Of a DNA stretch of 64,000 nucleotides, positions 28,988 through 38,360 are shown piece after piece; within the stretch, counting starts at the first letter, position 1, and each line of letters opens with the position of its first letter. Position numbers and translations under genes: made by a program. Under the pieces are notes generated by a model. It was not told the DNA's origin. It did no database searches and saw only the letters and a program-made list of their open reading frames with translations. Where the stretch lies: the NCBI GenBank assembly GCA_002778465.1, contig PFBV01000003.1, positions 303,766 to 367,765 of the forward strand, read 5' to 3'. Source of the DNA: Candidatus Magasanikbacteria bacterium CG10_big_fil_rev_8_21_14_0_10_36_32 (lineage in GTDB: Bacteria > Patescibacteriota > Patescibacteriia > Magasanikbacterales > GWA2-37-8).

Positions 28988-29347
28988 ATGAAAATAGTTA
29001 TTCCAACAAATGATAAAAAGGGATTGGAAGATAAAGTTGCAGAACATTTTGGCCGTTGTTTGACTTATACCTTTCTTAATGAAAAAGGCGAAGTTATTGA
29101 AATTATAGATAATATCAGTGAACATATGGGTGGTATAGGTTTACCCCCGGAATTAATGAAGAAACATGAAGCGAATGTTTTGCTTTGTAAAGGTCTTGGT
29201 CCAAGAGCTCTTAATTTGTGTAAAGAATTGGGAATAGAAATATATGTTTGTCAAACGGAAACAGTTAAAGAGATTTTTGAGATGTGGAAAAATAATAAAA
29301 TTAAAAAAGCAGATTTGAAAGATGTCTGTGAAGAACATAAAATATGA
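28988..29347 (+). CDS. NifB/NifX-family protein
   Basis: VAEHFGRC...GLGPRA. Confidence 0.87.
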   Translation: MKIVIPTNDKKGLEDKVAEHFGRCLTYTFLNEKGEVIEIIDNISEHMGGIGLPPELMKKHEANVLLCKGLGPRALNLCKELGIEIYVCQTETVKEIFEMWKNNKIKKADLKDVCEEHKI

Positions 29348-30240
29348 AACAGATAAATTGTTCAAAATTAAAAATAGCAATTACCGGCGGTAAGGGCGGT
29401 ACAGGTAAATCAATGGTGGCAACTTCGTTGGCTGTTGAATTTGCTCGAAACAAAAAAACACTTTTGATTGATGTTGATACTGAATGTCCCAATGATCATC
29501 TTTTGCTTTCCGTTATAATAAAAAAATCTTCAATAGTTACCCAATCAATTCCTAAATGGAATTTTAGGAAATGTGTTAAATGTGGTCAATGTGCTTTGGT
29601 TTGTCAGAAAAATGCTATTATTTTCGTCAAAGGCAAATATCCTGTTTTTGTAAAAGATATTTGTATTGGCTGTAAAGCATGTGTTGCCACTTGTCCTGTG
29701 GGGGCAATATCTGAAGATAAAAAAGAAATTGGTAAAATTTATACCGGAAAAAATTATCAAGTTAATTTAATTTCTGGAGAACTTAAACTCGGAGAATTGG
29801 CATCTGGCGAGGTGGTGACTGAGGTAAGAAAATATGCGGAAAAAATTAATGCGCGGTTAAAGGCGGATATAATCTTGATAGATTCCGCAGCTGGAGTTGG
29901 TTGTCCTGTAATAGCTTCATTGGTAGGGACTGATTATGTTGTAGCTGTAACCGAACCAACACCCGCTGCTTTGCATGATTTAAAACGAGTATTATATTTG
30001 GCGAATCATTTTAAAATAAAACATGGTATTATCATTAATAAATATGATTTGTCGAAAAATTTTTGTTTAAAAATAGAAAAATTTGCTAAGAAAAATAATA
30101 TTTTAATTATTGGCAAGATTCCTTATAAAAAAGAGTTTGTTGATTCAAACATAAAGATGAAGCCGGTAGTTGAAATAAATCCAATTTATCAGGAAGTGTT
30201 TCAAAAAATTATTAAACAGATAAAAATTGCAATAAAATAA
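29344..30240 (+). CDS. MinD/ParA-like P-loop ATPase with inserted 2x[4Fe-4S] ferredoxin
   Basis: GGKGGTGKS, CVKCGQCALVC, CIGCKACVATCP, GVGCPVIAS, VTEPT. Confidence 0.88.
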   Translation: MKQINCSKLKIAITGGKGGTGKSMVATSLAVEFARNKKTLLIDVDTECPNDHLLLSVIIKKSSIVTQSIPKWNFRKCVKCGQCALVCQKNAIIFVKGKYPVFVKDICIGCKACVATCPVGAISEDKKEIGKIYTGKNYQVNLISGELKLGELASGEVVTEVRKYAEKINARLKADIILIDSAAGVGCPVIASLVGTDYVVAVTEPTPAALHDLKRVLYLANHFKIKHGIIINKYDLSKNFCLKIEKFAKKNNILIIGKIPYKKEFVDSNIKMKPVVEINPIYQEVFQKIIKQIKIAIK

Positions 30241-30352
30241 AAAAAGATTGTAATATTTTTAATATTAGTCAATATAATTTTTGGATTGAACATAAAATTA
30301 TTACCACTATCTTAATGTTTAAACTGTAAAATTAATTTAAATATAAAATAAT

Positions 30353-30631
30353 ATGCCAAGACCAAAACTTTGTAGAAAAATTAGAATTAATCCAAATATA
30401 ACATATTTTAAACCGCAGGGTGTGCCGATGTCTGTTTTAGAAATTGTAAATTTAACAATTGAAGAATTAGAAGCGTTGCGACTCCATAATATTAAAGATT
30501 TAGACCAAAGCAAATGTGCGAAAATGATGAATACTTCTCAGAGTACACTTCAAAGGATTTTGGAGTCAGCTTATAAAAAAATAACTGATGCGCTGGTAAA
30601 CGGTAAAGCCATTGAAATAATTAAACAGTAA
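30353..30631 (+). CDS. DUF134 (UPF0251) HTH protein
   Basis: MPRPKLCRKI, YFKPQG, EELEALRL, MNTSQSTLQRIL. Confidence 0.9.
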   Translation: MPRPKLCRKIRINPNITYFKPQGVPMSVLEIVNLTIEELEALRLHNIKDLDQSKCAKMMNTSQSTLQRILESAYKKITDALVNGKAIEIIKQ

Positions 30632-30695
30632 AATTATATTATTTAATTCTTTTGGAAATAAACACACTTATTTATTTTTTTTATTCGTTCTAATT

Positions 30696-30965
30696 ATGAA
30701 AGTATTAAAGTTTGGCGCTGTTTGGTGTCCGGGTTGCTTAATTATGAAACCAAGGTGGGAAGAAATTGAAACAGAAAATTCATGGTTGCAAACCGAATAT
30801 CATGATTTTGACAATGAAAAAGAAATTGTAAATAAATATCAAATTGACAACATTTTGCCAGTTTTTATTTTTTTAGATAAAGATGATAAAGAATTTTTGC
30901 GTTTTAATGGCGAAATGTCCAAAGAAGAATTACTTAAAATTATTAATGAAAATAAAGATAAATAA
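30696..30965 (+). CDS. Thioredoxin-family protein
   Basis: WCPGC active site. Confidence 0.85.
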   Translation: MKVLKFGAVWCPGCLIMKPRWEEIETENSWLQTEYHDFDNEKEIVNKYQIDNILPVFIFLDKDDKEFLRFNGEMSKEELLKIINENKDK

Positions 30966-30971
30966 AGTTTT

Positions 30972-32171
30972 GTGACTAAAATAAATTTTTTTATTATTTT
31001 TTTATTCTCTGCTTGTTTTTTATTTTTCTATCCAGTGCAAGCGGAAAATAAGATAAATGTGTATTTTTTCTGGGGTGAAGGATGTCCTCATTGTGCCAAG
31101 GAAAAAGAACTTTTGGATTACTACACCAGTAAATATCCATATGTTCAGATTTTTGATTTTGAATTGTATCATAATTATTCAAATGGTCAAATTTTGTCAG
31201 AGGTGGCTTCAATTTTAAATATTAGAGTGGATGGTATTCCCTTTACAGTTATTGGAGATAAATATTTTTCTGGATATTCAGAAGCTGTATCACCTGATCA
31301 AATTTTGGAAAGGATAGAGTATTGTTATAAAAATAATTGTTCTGATAGTTTATCTCAATTTTTTCAAATTGGATTAAATAATCCTGTTGTAGATGTCTCA
31401 AAATTAAAAGAATCAGAAGAAAATAAAAAAATTATCAAGATTCCAGGTTTGGGAGAAATTAATGCTGTTAATGTTTCCCTCCCCTTAGTTGCAACTGTCA
31501 TGGGAATTTTGGACGGATTTAATCCGTGTGCTTTGTGGACGCTTTTGTTTTTGATTAGTTTGCTTTTGGGAATGAAAAACAAAAAACGGATGTGGATTTT
31601 AGGCAGTGCTTTTATTGTTGCTTCCGCTTCTATTTATTTTCTATTCATGGCTGCTTGGTTAAATTTTATTTTATTTATTGGTTTTGTAATTTGGGTTAGG
31701 TTTTTAATTGGCGGCATCGCTTTTTTGGGCGGCTCGTATAATTTGAAAGAATTTTTCTTTAATCCAAATAGTGGATGCAAAGTAGCTAATGATGAAAAAA
31801 GACAAAAAGTATTTGCTCGTTTAAAACAAATAATCCAAAGAAAGAGTTTCTTAATTTCTTTTTTGGGAATTATTCTTTTAGCTTTTGCGATAAATTTAGT
31901 TGAATTAGTTTGTAGTGCTGGGTTGCCGGCCGTTTATGTACAAATATTGGCACTTAATAATCTTAGTGGTTGGCAATACTACATGTATATTTTGCTTTAC
32001 ATTCTTTTCTTTATGATTGATGATTTGTTTATATTTTTTGTTGCAATGCTTACATTGCAAATGACTGGAATTTCCACTAAGTATTCTCGTTATTCCAAAT
32101 TGATCGGCGGAATAATAATGGTAATAGTTAGTATTTTACTCATTTTTAAACCGGAGTGGTTGATGTTTTGA
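30972..32171 (+). CDS. Exported glutaredoxin/thioredoxin domain fused to a DsbD/CcdA-like membrane domain
   Basis: GCPHC; DGFNPCA and VELVCSAG in the TM region. Confidence 0.78.
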   Translation: MTKINFFIIFLFSACFLFFYPVQAENKINVYFFWGEGCPHCAKEKELLDYYTSKYPYVQIFDFELYHNYSNGQILSEVASILNIRVDGIPFTVIGDKYFSGYSEAVSPDQILERIEYCYKNNCSDSLSQFFQIGLNNPVVDVSKLKESEENKKIIKIPGLGEINAVNVSLPLVATVMGILDGFNPCALWTLLFLISLLLGMKNKKRMWILGSAFIVASASIYFLFMAAWLNFILFIGFVIWVRFLIGGIAFLGGSYNLKEFFFNPNSGCKVANDEKRQKVFARLKQIIQRKSFLISFLGIILLAFAINLVELVCSAGLPAVYVQILALNNLSGWQYYMYILLYILFFMIDDLFIFFVAMLTLQMTGISTKYSRYSKLIGGIIMVIVSILLIFKPEWLMF

Positions 32172-32258
32172 TAATTGATTTATGTAAAGAAATAGTTTGT
32201 TTGATTCAGTCTATGACACATCCCCAATAATTTTTAGTTTATATTTATTATATTAAGT

Positions 32259-33383
32259 ATGATAAAAAAAACAATAATAACAGTTTTTTCTTTGTTGCTG
32301 TTTTTTCCAATTTTAGTTTGTGCTCAAGAAGATATCAATTTGCAGCCAAACAATGATCGTGTTTTTAAGGCCAAAGTAATACAGGTTATAGAAGAAAAAA
32401 TAATAGAAAGAGAAAATGGTTCAGAAGCTTTGCAGCAGGATTTGCGTTTACTTGGTTTAGAAAAAGAATGGAAAAACAAAGAATTTGAACACAAAGGAAT
32501 CTCTGAAATTGATGTGGCCAGTGCTAATACTTATAAAGTTGGTGATAAGGTTTTAGTTAGTGAGGTAAAAAATATTGATGGTGTAATTGATTATTATGTA
32601 ATTGATTTAGTCCGTAGCGGTTATTTATTTTGGTTAGCATTAATTTTTGCCACTGTCACTATAATTATTGGAAAAAAGAAAGGCATTAAGTCCTTAATAA
32701 GTTTAATGGTGAGTTTTTTTGTAATCATTAAATTCATTGTTCCTAAAATAATAAGTGGTAGTAGTCCATTATTTGTTGGGGTATTAGGTGCATTGATAAT
32801 TTTGGCAATTATTATCTATTTAACTGAGGGTTGGAATAGAAAATCACATATTGCCGTAGTTAGCGTTTTTCTTTCTTTGGTTGCCACTTTTATTTTATCT
32901 TGGATTTTTACTCATTTAACTCGTCTCACTGGTTTGGCACAAGAAGAAACGACTTTTTTGCTTAGTGCGAATAACGGCGCAATAGATTTTAGAGGCCTAC
33001 TTTTAACTGGAATTTTAATCGGCACGATTGGTGTTTTAGACGATGTCGTTGTTGGACAAGTAGAATCAGTTAGACAAATCAGAAAAGCTAATCCACATCT
33101 TACTAATGTTCAGGTGTATAAAGCAGTCTACGAAGTAGGAAATTCTCATTTGGGCGCGATAGTAAATACTTTGTTTTTGACTTATACCGGTGCCAGCTTG
33201 CCACTTCTTTTACTTTTTTATTTCAATCCGATGGGAGTAATAAGTTTTACTCAAGTTATAAATAATGAAATAATCGCCACAGAAATTGTACGCGCGCTTG
33301 TTGGTAGTATTGGTGTGGCTTTATCTATGCCCATATCAACTTTTTTAGCTACGATTTGGTTAAGAAATAATAGGAACATATGA
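32259..33383 (+). CDS. YibE/F family membrane protein
   Basis: IGTIGVLDD, NTLFLTYTGASLPL, EIVRALVGSIG. Confidence 0.9.
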   Translation: MIKKTIITVFSLLLFFPILVCAQEDINLQPNNDRVFKAKVIQVIEEKIIERENGSEALQQDLRLLGLEKEWKNKEFEHKGISEIDVASANTYKVGDKVLVSEVKNIDGVIDYYVIDLVRSGYLFWLALIFATVTIIIGKKKGIKSLISLMVSFFVIIKFIVPKIISGSSPLFVGVLGALIILAIIIYLTEGWNRKSHIAVVSVFLSLVATFILSWIFTHLTRLTGLAQEETTFLLSANNGAIDFRGLLLTGILIGTIGVLDDVVVGQVESVRQIRKANPHLTNVQVYKAVYEVGNSHLGAIVNTLFLTYTGASLPLLLLFYFNPMGVISFTQVINNEIIATEIVRALVGSIGVALSMPISTFLATIWLRNNRNI

Positions 33384-33837
33384 TATTGGTTTTGTTTTAA
33401 GAGCAGGATTATTTATTATTGTTTGTGTGGATTAAAGTTGTCAATAAAGGACGAATTTAAAACTTTTTTTAGTATTCATCACCAAAGAGGATAAATTATT
33501 AATGTAGTAATTTTTTAAAAATCGTTTCATTAAAAAATTAACGGTTTTTGATTCAAGTATTTGTCAAATATAAAAAATATACTACTTATCACATAGTAAT
33601 ATTATTTTGTACACCTTTACCGATTTTTCTATGTTGCTGCGGACAATTAAATTTTTTGTTCGCCCTGTGTCCAAAAAGTGATAAAAATTGAGTAAAATTG
33701 ATAATAGATGATAACGAATGAGAAACTACCGCTCTATGAATTTTTTTCTATACTGAGCTATGATGAGCACATTATGTGGCGTTTATTAAAATGGTTTGAT
33801 AAACACCTTGGTGTCTTTGGTTCCTATTATTCGCTCT

Positions 33838-33868
33838 AAATCCAGACTATATATAGTCTGGATTTTTT
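33838..33868. terminator. Perfect palindromic hairpin/terminator
   Basis: AAATCCAGACTATATATAGTCTGGATTT followed by Ts. Confidence 0.6.
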
Positions 33869-33988
33869 GGTAAGACAAAAGTGTATTTGATTAAAAAATT
33901 AAAATTATTTGATAACCTTGACAAAATTTTAATTTTGTGATATACTGCAACACAATGTCGGCTACCCATAGTTGGCAACTATTCTTAA

Positions 33989-34204
33989 ATGTTAGACACT
34001 ATGATGTCCAACGATTTAACAGGGGATCAGAACGCCACACAGATTCCTGCTACCGATGAAAACGTGGTAATCCCAGCCGAGGGCAACGAAGTCGCTCCTC
34101 AAGAAGAAGCTGCTACAGAAGCTCCTACAGAAGAAGCCACACAAGAAGAGGCTCCTACAGAAGCTGCTACAGAAGCTCCTGCAGAAGAAGCTCCTCAAGC
34201 CTAA
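33989..34204 (+). CDS. Small acidic low-complexity protein with EEAATEAPT-type repeats
   Basis: Own TTGACA/TATACT promoter, repeated GAAGCTGCTACAGAAGCTCCT, downstream terminator; start uncertain. Confidence 0.6.
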   Translation: MLDTMMSNDLTGDQNATQIPATDENVVIPAEGNEVAPQEEAATEAPTEEATQEEAPTEAATEAPAEEAPQA

Positions 34205-34291
34205 ACTGTTTGAAATTCATCCGCCACAATGTGTGGTGGGTGAATTTTTTTATCTAAAAATTAAAGGGATTTATTAAACAATCACACTGGG

Positions 34292-34374
34292 TTGACAAAA
34301 ATCAAATTTATCCTTATTCTAACAATAATTGTTCTTTAACAACTTTCCGGAATTTATATTCCATAATACAAGGA
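34292..34374 (+). promoter_or_regulatory. Sigma70 promoter, boxA-like motif and SD
   Basis: TTGACA 34292, 17-nt spacer, TATTCT; TGTTCTTTAACAA 34330-34342; AAGGA 34370. Confidence 0.75.
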
Positions 34375-34382
34375 AAAAATAG

Positions 34383-35177
34383 ATGAAAAAGGTAGTTTGT
34401 TATTGTTTGGTCTTTATCTCGTTTATGTTTATGTTTGGTTGCGGAAACATTGTTTTTCTACCTGGTTTTTCTCCGTTAACACCTCAAATTCAATTGGAAA
34501 AGGACTTAATGTCCGCCACAGTAGTTATTTATGGTGTTCGAGTTAAAGATATACAAAACAAATATGAAGTAGAAGGTTACGATGTCTGTACAGCCACCGC
34601 CTTTGAACGTAGAGGCGATGATTATTTTTTTGTTACCGCTGCCCATTGTTTCAATCCTGACTATGCCAATGTTTGGTGTTTGTCTTTGGACGAAATGGCG
34701 CCACTGAAAAAGCCTGACGAAAAAAAATTGTTTACCGTTACGCCGTTGGTGGTGGGTAATCAATATTTGGGACAAGATTTAGCTGTAGTTGCGTCAAAAT
34801 TAATCGGGGTAAATTTACCTACTATGCCGTTGGCATCTTCTGACCCAACAGTCGGCGACAATGTGATTAATGTTGCTGCCCCTAAATTTAGGGATAAGCA
34901 ATTATATCGCGGTGTAATTAAAACAACTAACTTTTATCGGACGATTTTTTCTACCAGAGGCGCAAATTGGCAAAGTGCGACATTAATCGCATTAAGTGAA
35001 GGGTCTGCACAAAAAGGATCATCCGGTTCGTCTGTGGTCAGTGGAAGTGCGGGCGGTATTGTGGCAATTTTGGTTGGTAATTCTTATTGGGAAAAAGCGG
35101 CAATTACTTTGCCAATCAGCCAATTTAAAAAGTTTTGGAAAGATTTTTTATCAGATATGGATAATTGTGATTCGTGA
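34383..35177 (+). CDS. Trypsin-like (S1) serine protease, probable lipoprotein
   Basis: VTAAHC, DLAVV and KGSSGSS triad motifs; FMFGC lipobox-like; hairpin terminator 35189-35213. Confidence 0.82.
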   Translation: MKKVVCYCLVFISFMFMFGCGNIVFLPGFSPLTPQIQLEKDLMSATVVIYGVRVKDIQNKYEVEGYDVCTATAFERRGDDYFFVTAAHCFNPDYANVWCLSLDEMAPLKKPDEKKLFTVTPLVVGNQYLGQDLAVVASKLIGVNLPTMPLASSDPTVGDNVINVAAPKFRDKQLYRGVIKTTNFYRTIFSTRGANWQSATLIALSEGSAQKGSSGSSVVSGSAGGIVAILVGNSYWEKAAITLPISQFKKFWKDFLSDMDNCDS

Positions 35178-35268
35178 AGATAAATTTTACCCTCGCTGTA
35201 TGCGGGGGTTTTTAACAATATAAACTTGACAGCCTCTGACGGTTTTGATACAATGAGTGCTGTAAATT

Positions 35269-35342
35269 GCGGTAGTAGTTCAGTTGGCTAGAACGTCTCC
35301 TTGCCAAGGAGAAGGTCGCCGGTTCGAATCCGGTCTACCGCT
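35269..35342 (+). tRNA. tRNA-Gly(GCC)
   Basis: Anticodon arm TCTCC-TTGCCAA-GGAGA, GGTTCGAATCC. Confidence 0.94.
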
Positions 35343-35366
35343 CTGTTTAGTCTTCTGATTGTATAT

Positions 35367-35439
35367 AGCGGGGTAGAGCAATTGGCAGCTCGCCAGGCCC
35401 ATAACCTGGAGGTTCTCGGTTCAAGTCCGAGCCCCGCAA
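35367..35439 (+). tRNA. tRNA-Met(CAT), probably the initiator
   Basis: Mismatched 1:72 pair (A/A), anticodon arm CCAGG-CCCATAA-CCTGG. Confidence 0.85.
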
Positions 35440-35575
35440 CAAAGTTGAAAAGGACGGCCAAAGTGGTCGTTTTTTTCTTTTGTCATGAGAGTAATTATTT
35501 TTTATAAAAAAGACAATTGATTGAAAATAATTTAAAACCCCCCGATTAAATCGGGGGGTTTTAAATTTGATTTGT

Positions 35576-36631
35576 TTATTCATTATGTTCCAATTCGGTT
35601 TGGTAATACTGATCATACATTTCCCAAAAGGAAACAAGAAGAGCGGAAATAATGGGGCCGATGATAAATCCTGAAATTCCAAATAAAATAAAACCACCAA
35701 GCATTGAAAATAAAATTAACAGTGGATGGAGTTGGGTATCATTTCCGATGATAATTGGTCTAAGAAAATTATCAATTGTACTGATTAAAATTAAACCAAC
35801 TAAAATTATTACAATACCTTGCCAAATATGTCCTGTGACCAACATAATAATGCCGGTTGGAAACCAAACAATAGCCGAGCTGAAACTGGGAATGACACTT
35901 AAAACCAACATTACCACACCCCAAATTAAAGCGCCTTGCACACCAGTTAAGAGAAAAAGAATTGTGCCCAAACTGGCTTGGATTGCCCCAATAATTAAAA
36001 TTCCTTTCAGTGTAGCGTAAGTTGTTTTTGTAAATTTATTATAAAGAGTTTTTTCTTTTTGGTCGCCTAACGGACAAAGGTGCATTAATTTTTTTAAAAG
36101 TTTTTCTCCGTCTCTGATAAAATAGAATAGTGTGTAAAGCATGATGATAAACATCACTACGAAAGTTAAAGAGTTTTGAGTAACGGATTTGATTCCTTTA
36201 AAAACAAAACCGGATACAGACTGTGTAACCTCAGAAATTTTTGCCGTCCAAAAAGCTTCGTCTATATTTAATTTTACTACAACTGAATTATGTTTAATCC
36301 AGTCGGAAGTTTGGCGTACCGCTTCTCCGATTTTAGTTTGGTTATTGTCTAAGGAAGAGTACAAGTCAACTGATTGTTTAACCAACAATGTTCCAATTAA
36401 GCCTATCGGAATAATAATACAAATAACCACACCAATCAGCACAATTAAAGAGCTGAGATTGCGTGATTTAAGTTTTTGATTCAGCCATTTATAAATCGGG
36501 TAACAGATGCCAGCAATTACCGCTGCCCAAAAGATTGGATACGCGAACGGTTTAATAACATAAAAAAACCCGATTGTTACAATGGCTAATAGGGCAAAGA
36601 AAAGTATATAGCGAATTTTTGCAAAATCCAT
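35576..36631 (-). CDS. AI-2E family transporter
   Basis: YFIRDG, IDNFLRP, FGISGFIIGP. Confidence 0.9.
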   Translation of the reverse strand: MDFAKIRYILFFALLAIVTIGFFYVIKPFAYPIFWAAVIAGICYPIYKWLNQKLKSRNLSSLIVLIGVVICIIIPIGLIGTLLVKQSVDLYSSLDNNQTKIGEAVRQTSDWIKHNSVVVKLNIDEAFWTAKISEVTQSVSGFVFKGIKSVTQNSLTFVVMFIIMLYTLFYFIRDGEKLLKKLMHLCPLGDQKEKTLYNKFTKTTYATLKGILIIGAIQASLGTILFLLTGVQGALIWGVVMLVLSVIPSFSSAIVWFPTGIIMLVTGHIWQGIVIILVGLILISTIDNFLRPIIIGNDTQLHPLLILFSMLGGFILFGISGFIIGPIISALLVSFWEMYDQYYQTELEHNE

Positions 36632-36670
36632 ATATTAATAGATTAATAAATATTGATTATGAATATTATA

Positions 36671-38110
36671 TCAGTTTTGCCGGTTTTCAGCAATTTTGTT
36701 TTTGTTTGATGAAAAAATTTCTTTTAAAGTTTGAGGAGAAAAAAACCGTAAAACAATGGCTAAAATGGCATAAATAAAAGTACCGACAAAAATAGACAAA
36801 ATAATATTAAGCGGTTGTAACCAATAAACAACTAAAGCCATAACCAAACTTGATATTAATATTTTAAACAGTGTAAACAATTGCGGGCGAAACCCGGAAT
36901 AGTGTATAACCAGCCATGCCAGAAAAAAACCAGCGTAAAGTTCAGAAAAAATTGTTACATAAGCTGCGCCATAAATTCCGTAACGGGGAATGAAAATTAA
37001 ATAGCCGGCTAAACTTAAAATAGCATCGGTAATATAAATCCACAGAGCATTTTTTTGTCGGTCAATAGACAAAGCCATGTGTCCGAATACCATACCGAAA
37101 CTGACTCCGATAACGGAGATAATTAAAATACGCAGGATATTTCCGGATATGGCAAAATTTTCTCCGGCAATGAAATTCATAAGTGGTACAGCTAAAACAA
37201 AAATACCGGCAATCATTGGGATTAAAAGAAGTGACATTAAATCAAAACTGCGTTGGCATTGTTTTTCAAATTCTGGTTTAAGATTTCTTGACCAGCCAAA
37301 AGTAATCAGAGGCATCATAATACCCATAATCATAGCCGCTACTTGAATAGCAATATCTAATACACGATAAGCTGCGCCATAAAAACCGACATCGGTTTGA
37401 GAAACAAAAAGAGGTAAAATAAAGCGGTCACCTTGTAAATAAATACAATTAAAAATTACTGCCAAAGCCGTTGGCCATATTTTTTTTAAAATAGCGAAAG
37501 TAATATCCTTGTTAGTTTGTAAACGAATTGGTTCACTTTTCCACCATAAGTATCCGGTATTAAAAAATGCCGCTAAAGCGACAGCCCCCATTATTGGTAA
37601 AAATCCTAAATGTCCGACTGACATTAAAGCAATACCTGTCACTAATACCATCCGACTGATAACTTCAGCGATAGCTTGGATATGTGTTTGTAGTCGAGTT
37701 TGATAAAAAGCGATAAAAATCTGATTAAGAGAAGCGCTGATATAAGATATGGATAAAATAGCCACCGCTAATTTAATTTGCGGCGGATAAGGAAAAAGTA
37801 AAATAGTAAGAGGTCCAATTCCTTGAAATATTATAGTGGTAACAAACCGCCAAGTAAATAAATTGTTCAAAAGTTTTTTTTTATCAAAAGCCGGCTCAGA
37901 AAGCATTTTGGCTGAAGTGACAGTAAAACCAAAATCGCTTAAGATTCCAATGAATTGTAAAAAACCAATAGCAGTGGCATACCAGCCGAATTGTTCAACA
38001 CCGAGTGAGCGGGTCATTATAGCTATGGCCACTAAACCCAAAATTGTACTGATGGCTTTGCCAGCAATTTGAGCAAAAGTATTGTGAGCGATTTGTTTAG
38101 TTTGAGACAT
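36671..38110 (-). CDS. Polysaccharide flippase (Wzx/MOP family)
   Basis: Many TMs, RSLGVEQFG, SDFGF, VGFYGAAYR. Confidence 0.87.
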   Translation of the reverse strand: MSQTKQIAHNTFAQIAGKAISTILGLVAIAIMTRSLGVEQFGWYATAIGFLQFIGILSDFGFTVTSAKMLSEPAFDKKKLLNNLFTWRFVTTIIFQGIGPLTILLFPYPPQIKLAVAILSISYISASLNQIFIAFYQTRLQTHIQAIAEVISRMVLVTGIALMSVGHLGFLPIMGAVALAAFFNTGYLWWKSEPIRLQTNKDITFAILKKIWPTALAVIFNCIYLQGDRFILPLFVSQTDVGFYGAAYRVLDIAIQVAAMIMGIMMPLITFGWSRNLKPEFEKQCQRSFDLMSLLLIPMIAGIFVLAVPLMNFIAGENFAISGNILRILIISVIGVSFGMVFGHMALSIDRQKNALWIYITDAILSLAGYLIFIPRYGIYGAAYVTIFSELYAGFFLAWLVIHYSGFRPQLFTLFKILISSLVMALVVYWLQPLNIILSIFVGTFIYAILAIVLRFFSPQTLKEIFSSNKNKIAENRQN

Positions 38111-38227
38111 AAAAAAGTCAGCCGATACCTGTAATCAAAATTAAACAGATATAGGCGAATTATATCATATTTTTATAAATTCAGACAAAACAGTAAGGTT
38201 TGACAAATCAGGTAAAATGTGTTATTT

Positions 38228-38290
38228 CTATTATTAAGCGAAGTGAGTGAAATAAAAACTTGTTTTTATTTCCGAACGAGCGCAGATAAA
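38228..38290 (+). repeat. Hairpin repeat, copy 1 (copy 2 at 63571-63634)
   Basis: CTATTATTAAGCGAAGTGAGT-GAAATAAAAA-CTTG-TTTTTATTTC-CGAACGAGCGCAGATAAA. Confidence 0.85.
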
Positions 38291-38310
38291 GTGGACTCGC
38301 CTTTTATTAT

Positions 38311-38323
38311 TGTTCTTTAACAA
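38311..38323 (+). promoter_or_regulatory. boxA-like motif
   Basis: TGTTCTTTAACAA downstream of TTGACA at 38200; SD GAGG at 38353. Confidence 0.7.
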
Positions 38324-38360
38324 GATTTCCATTTTTAATGGATAAAACAAAAGAGGAAAA

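Noticed and set aside
28650-30240. Nitrogen fixation, suggested by NifB/NifX-like and P-loop Fe-S proteins
   Set aside because: There is no nifHDK, and these small domains are widespread in non-diazotrophic anaerobes.
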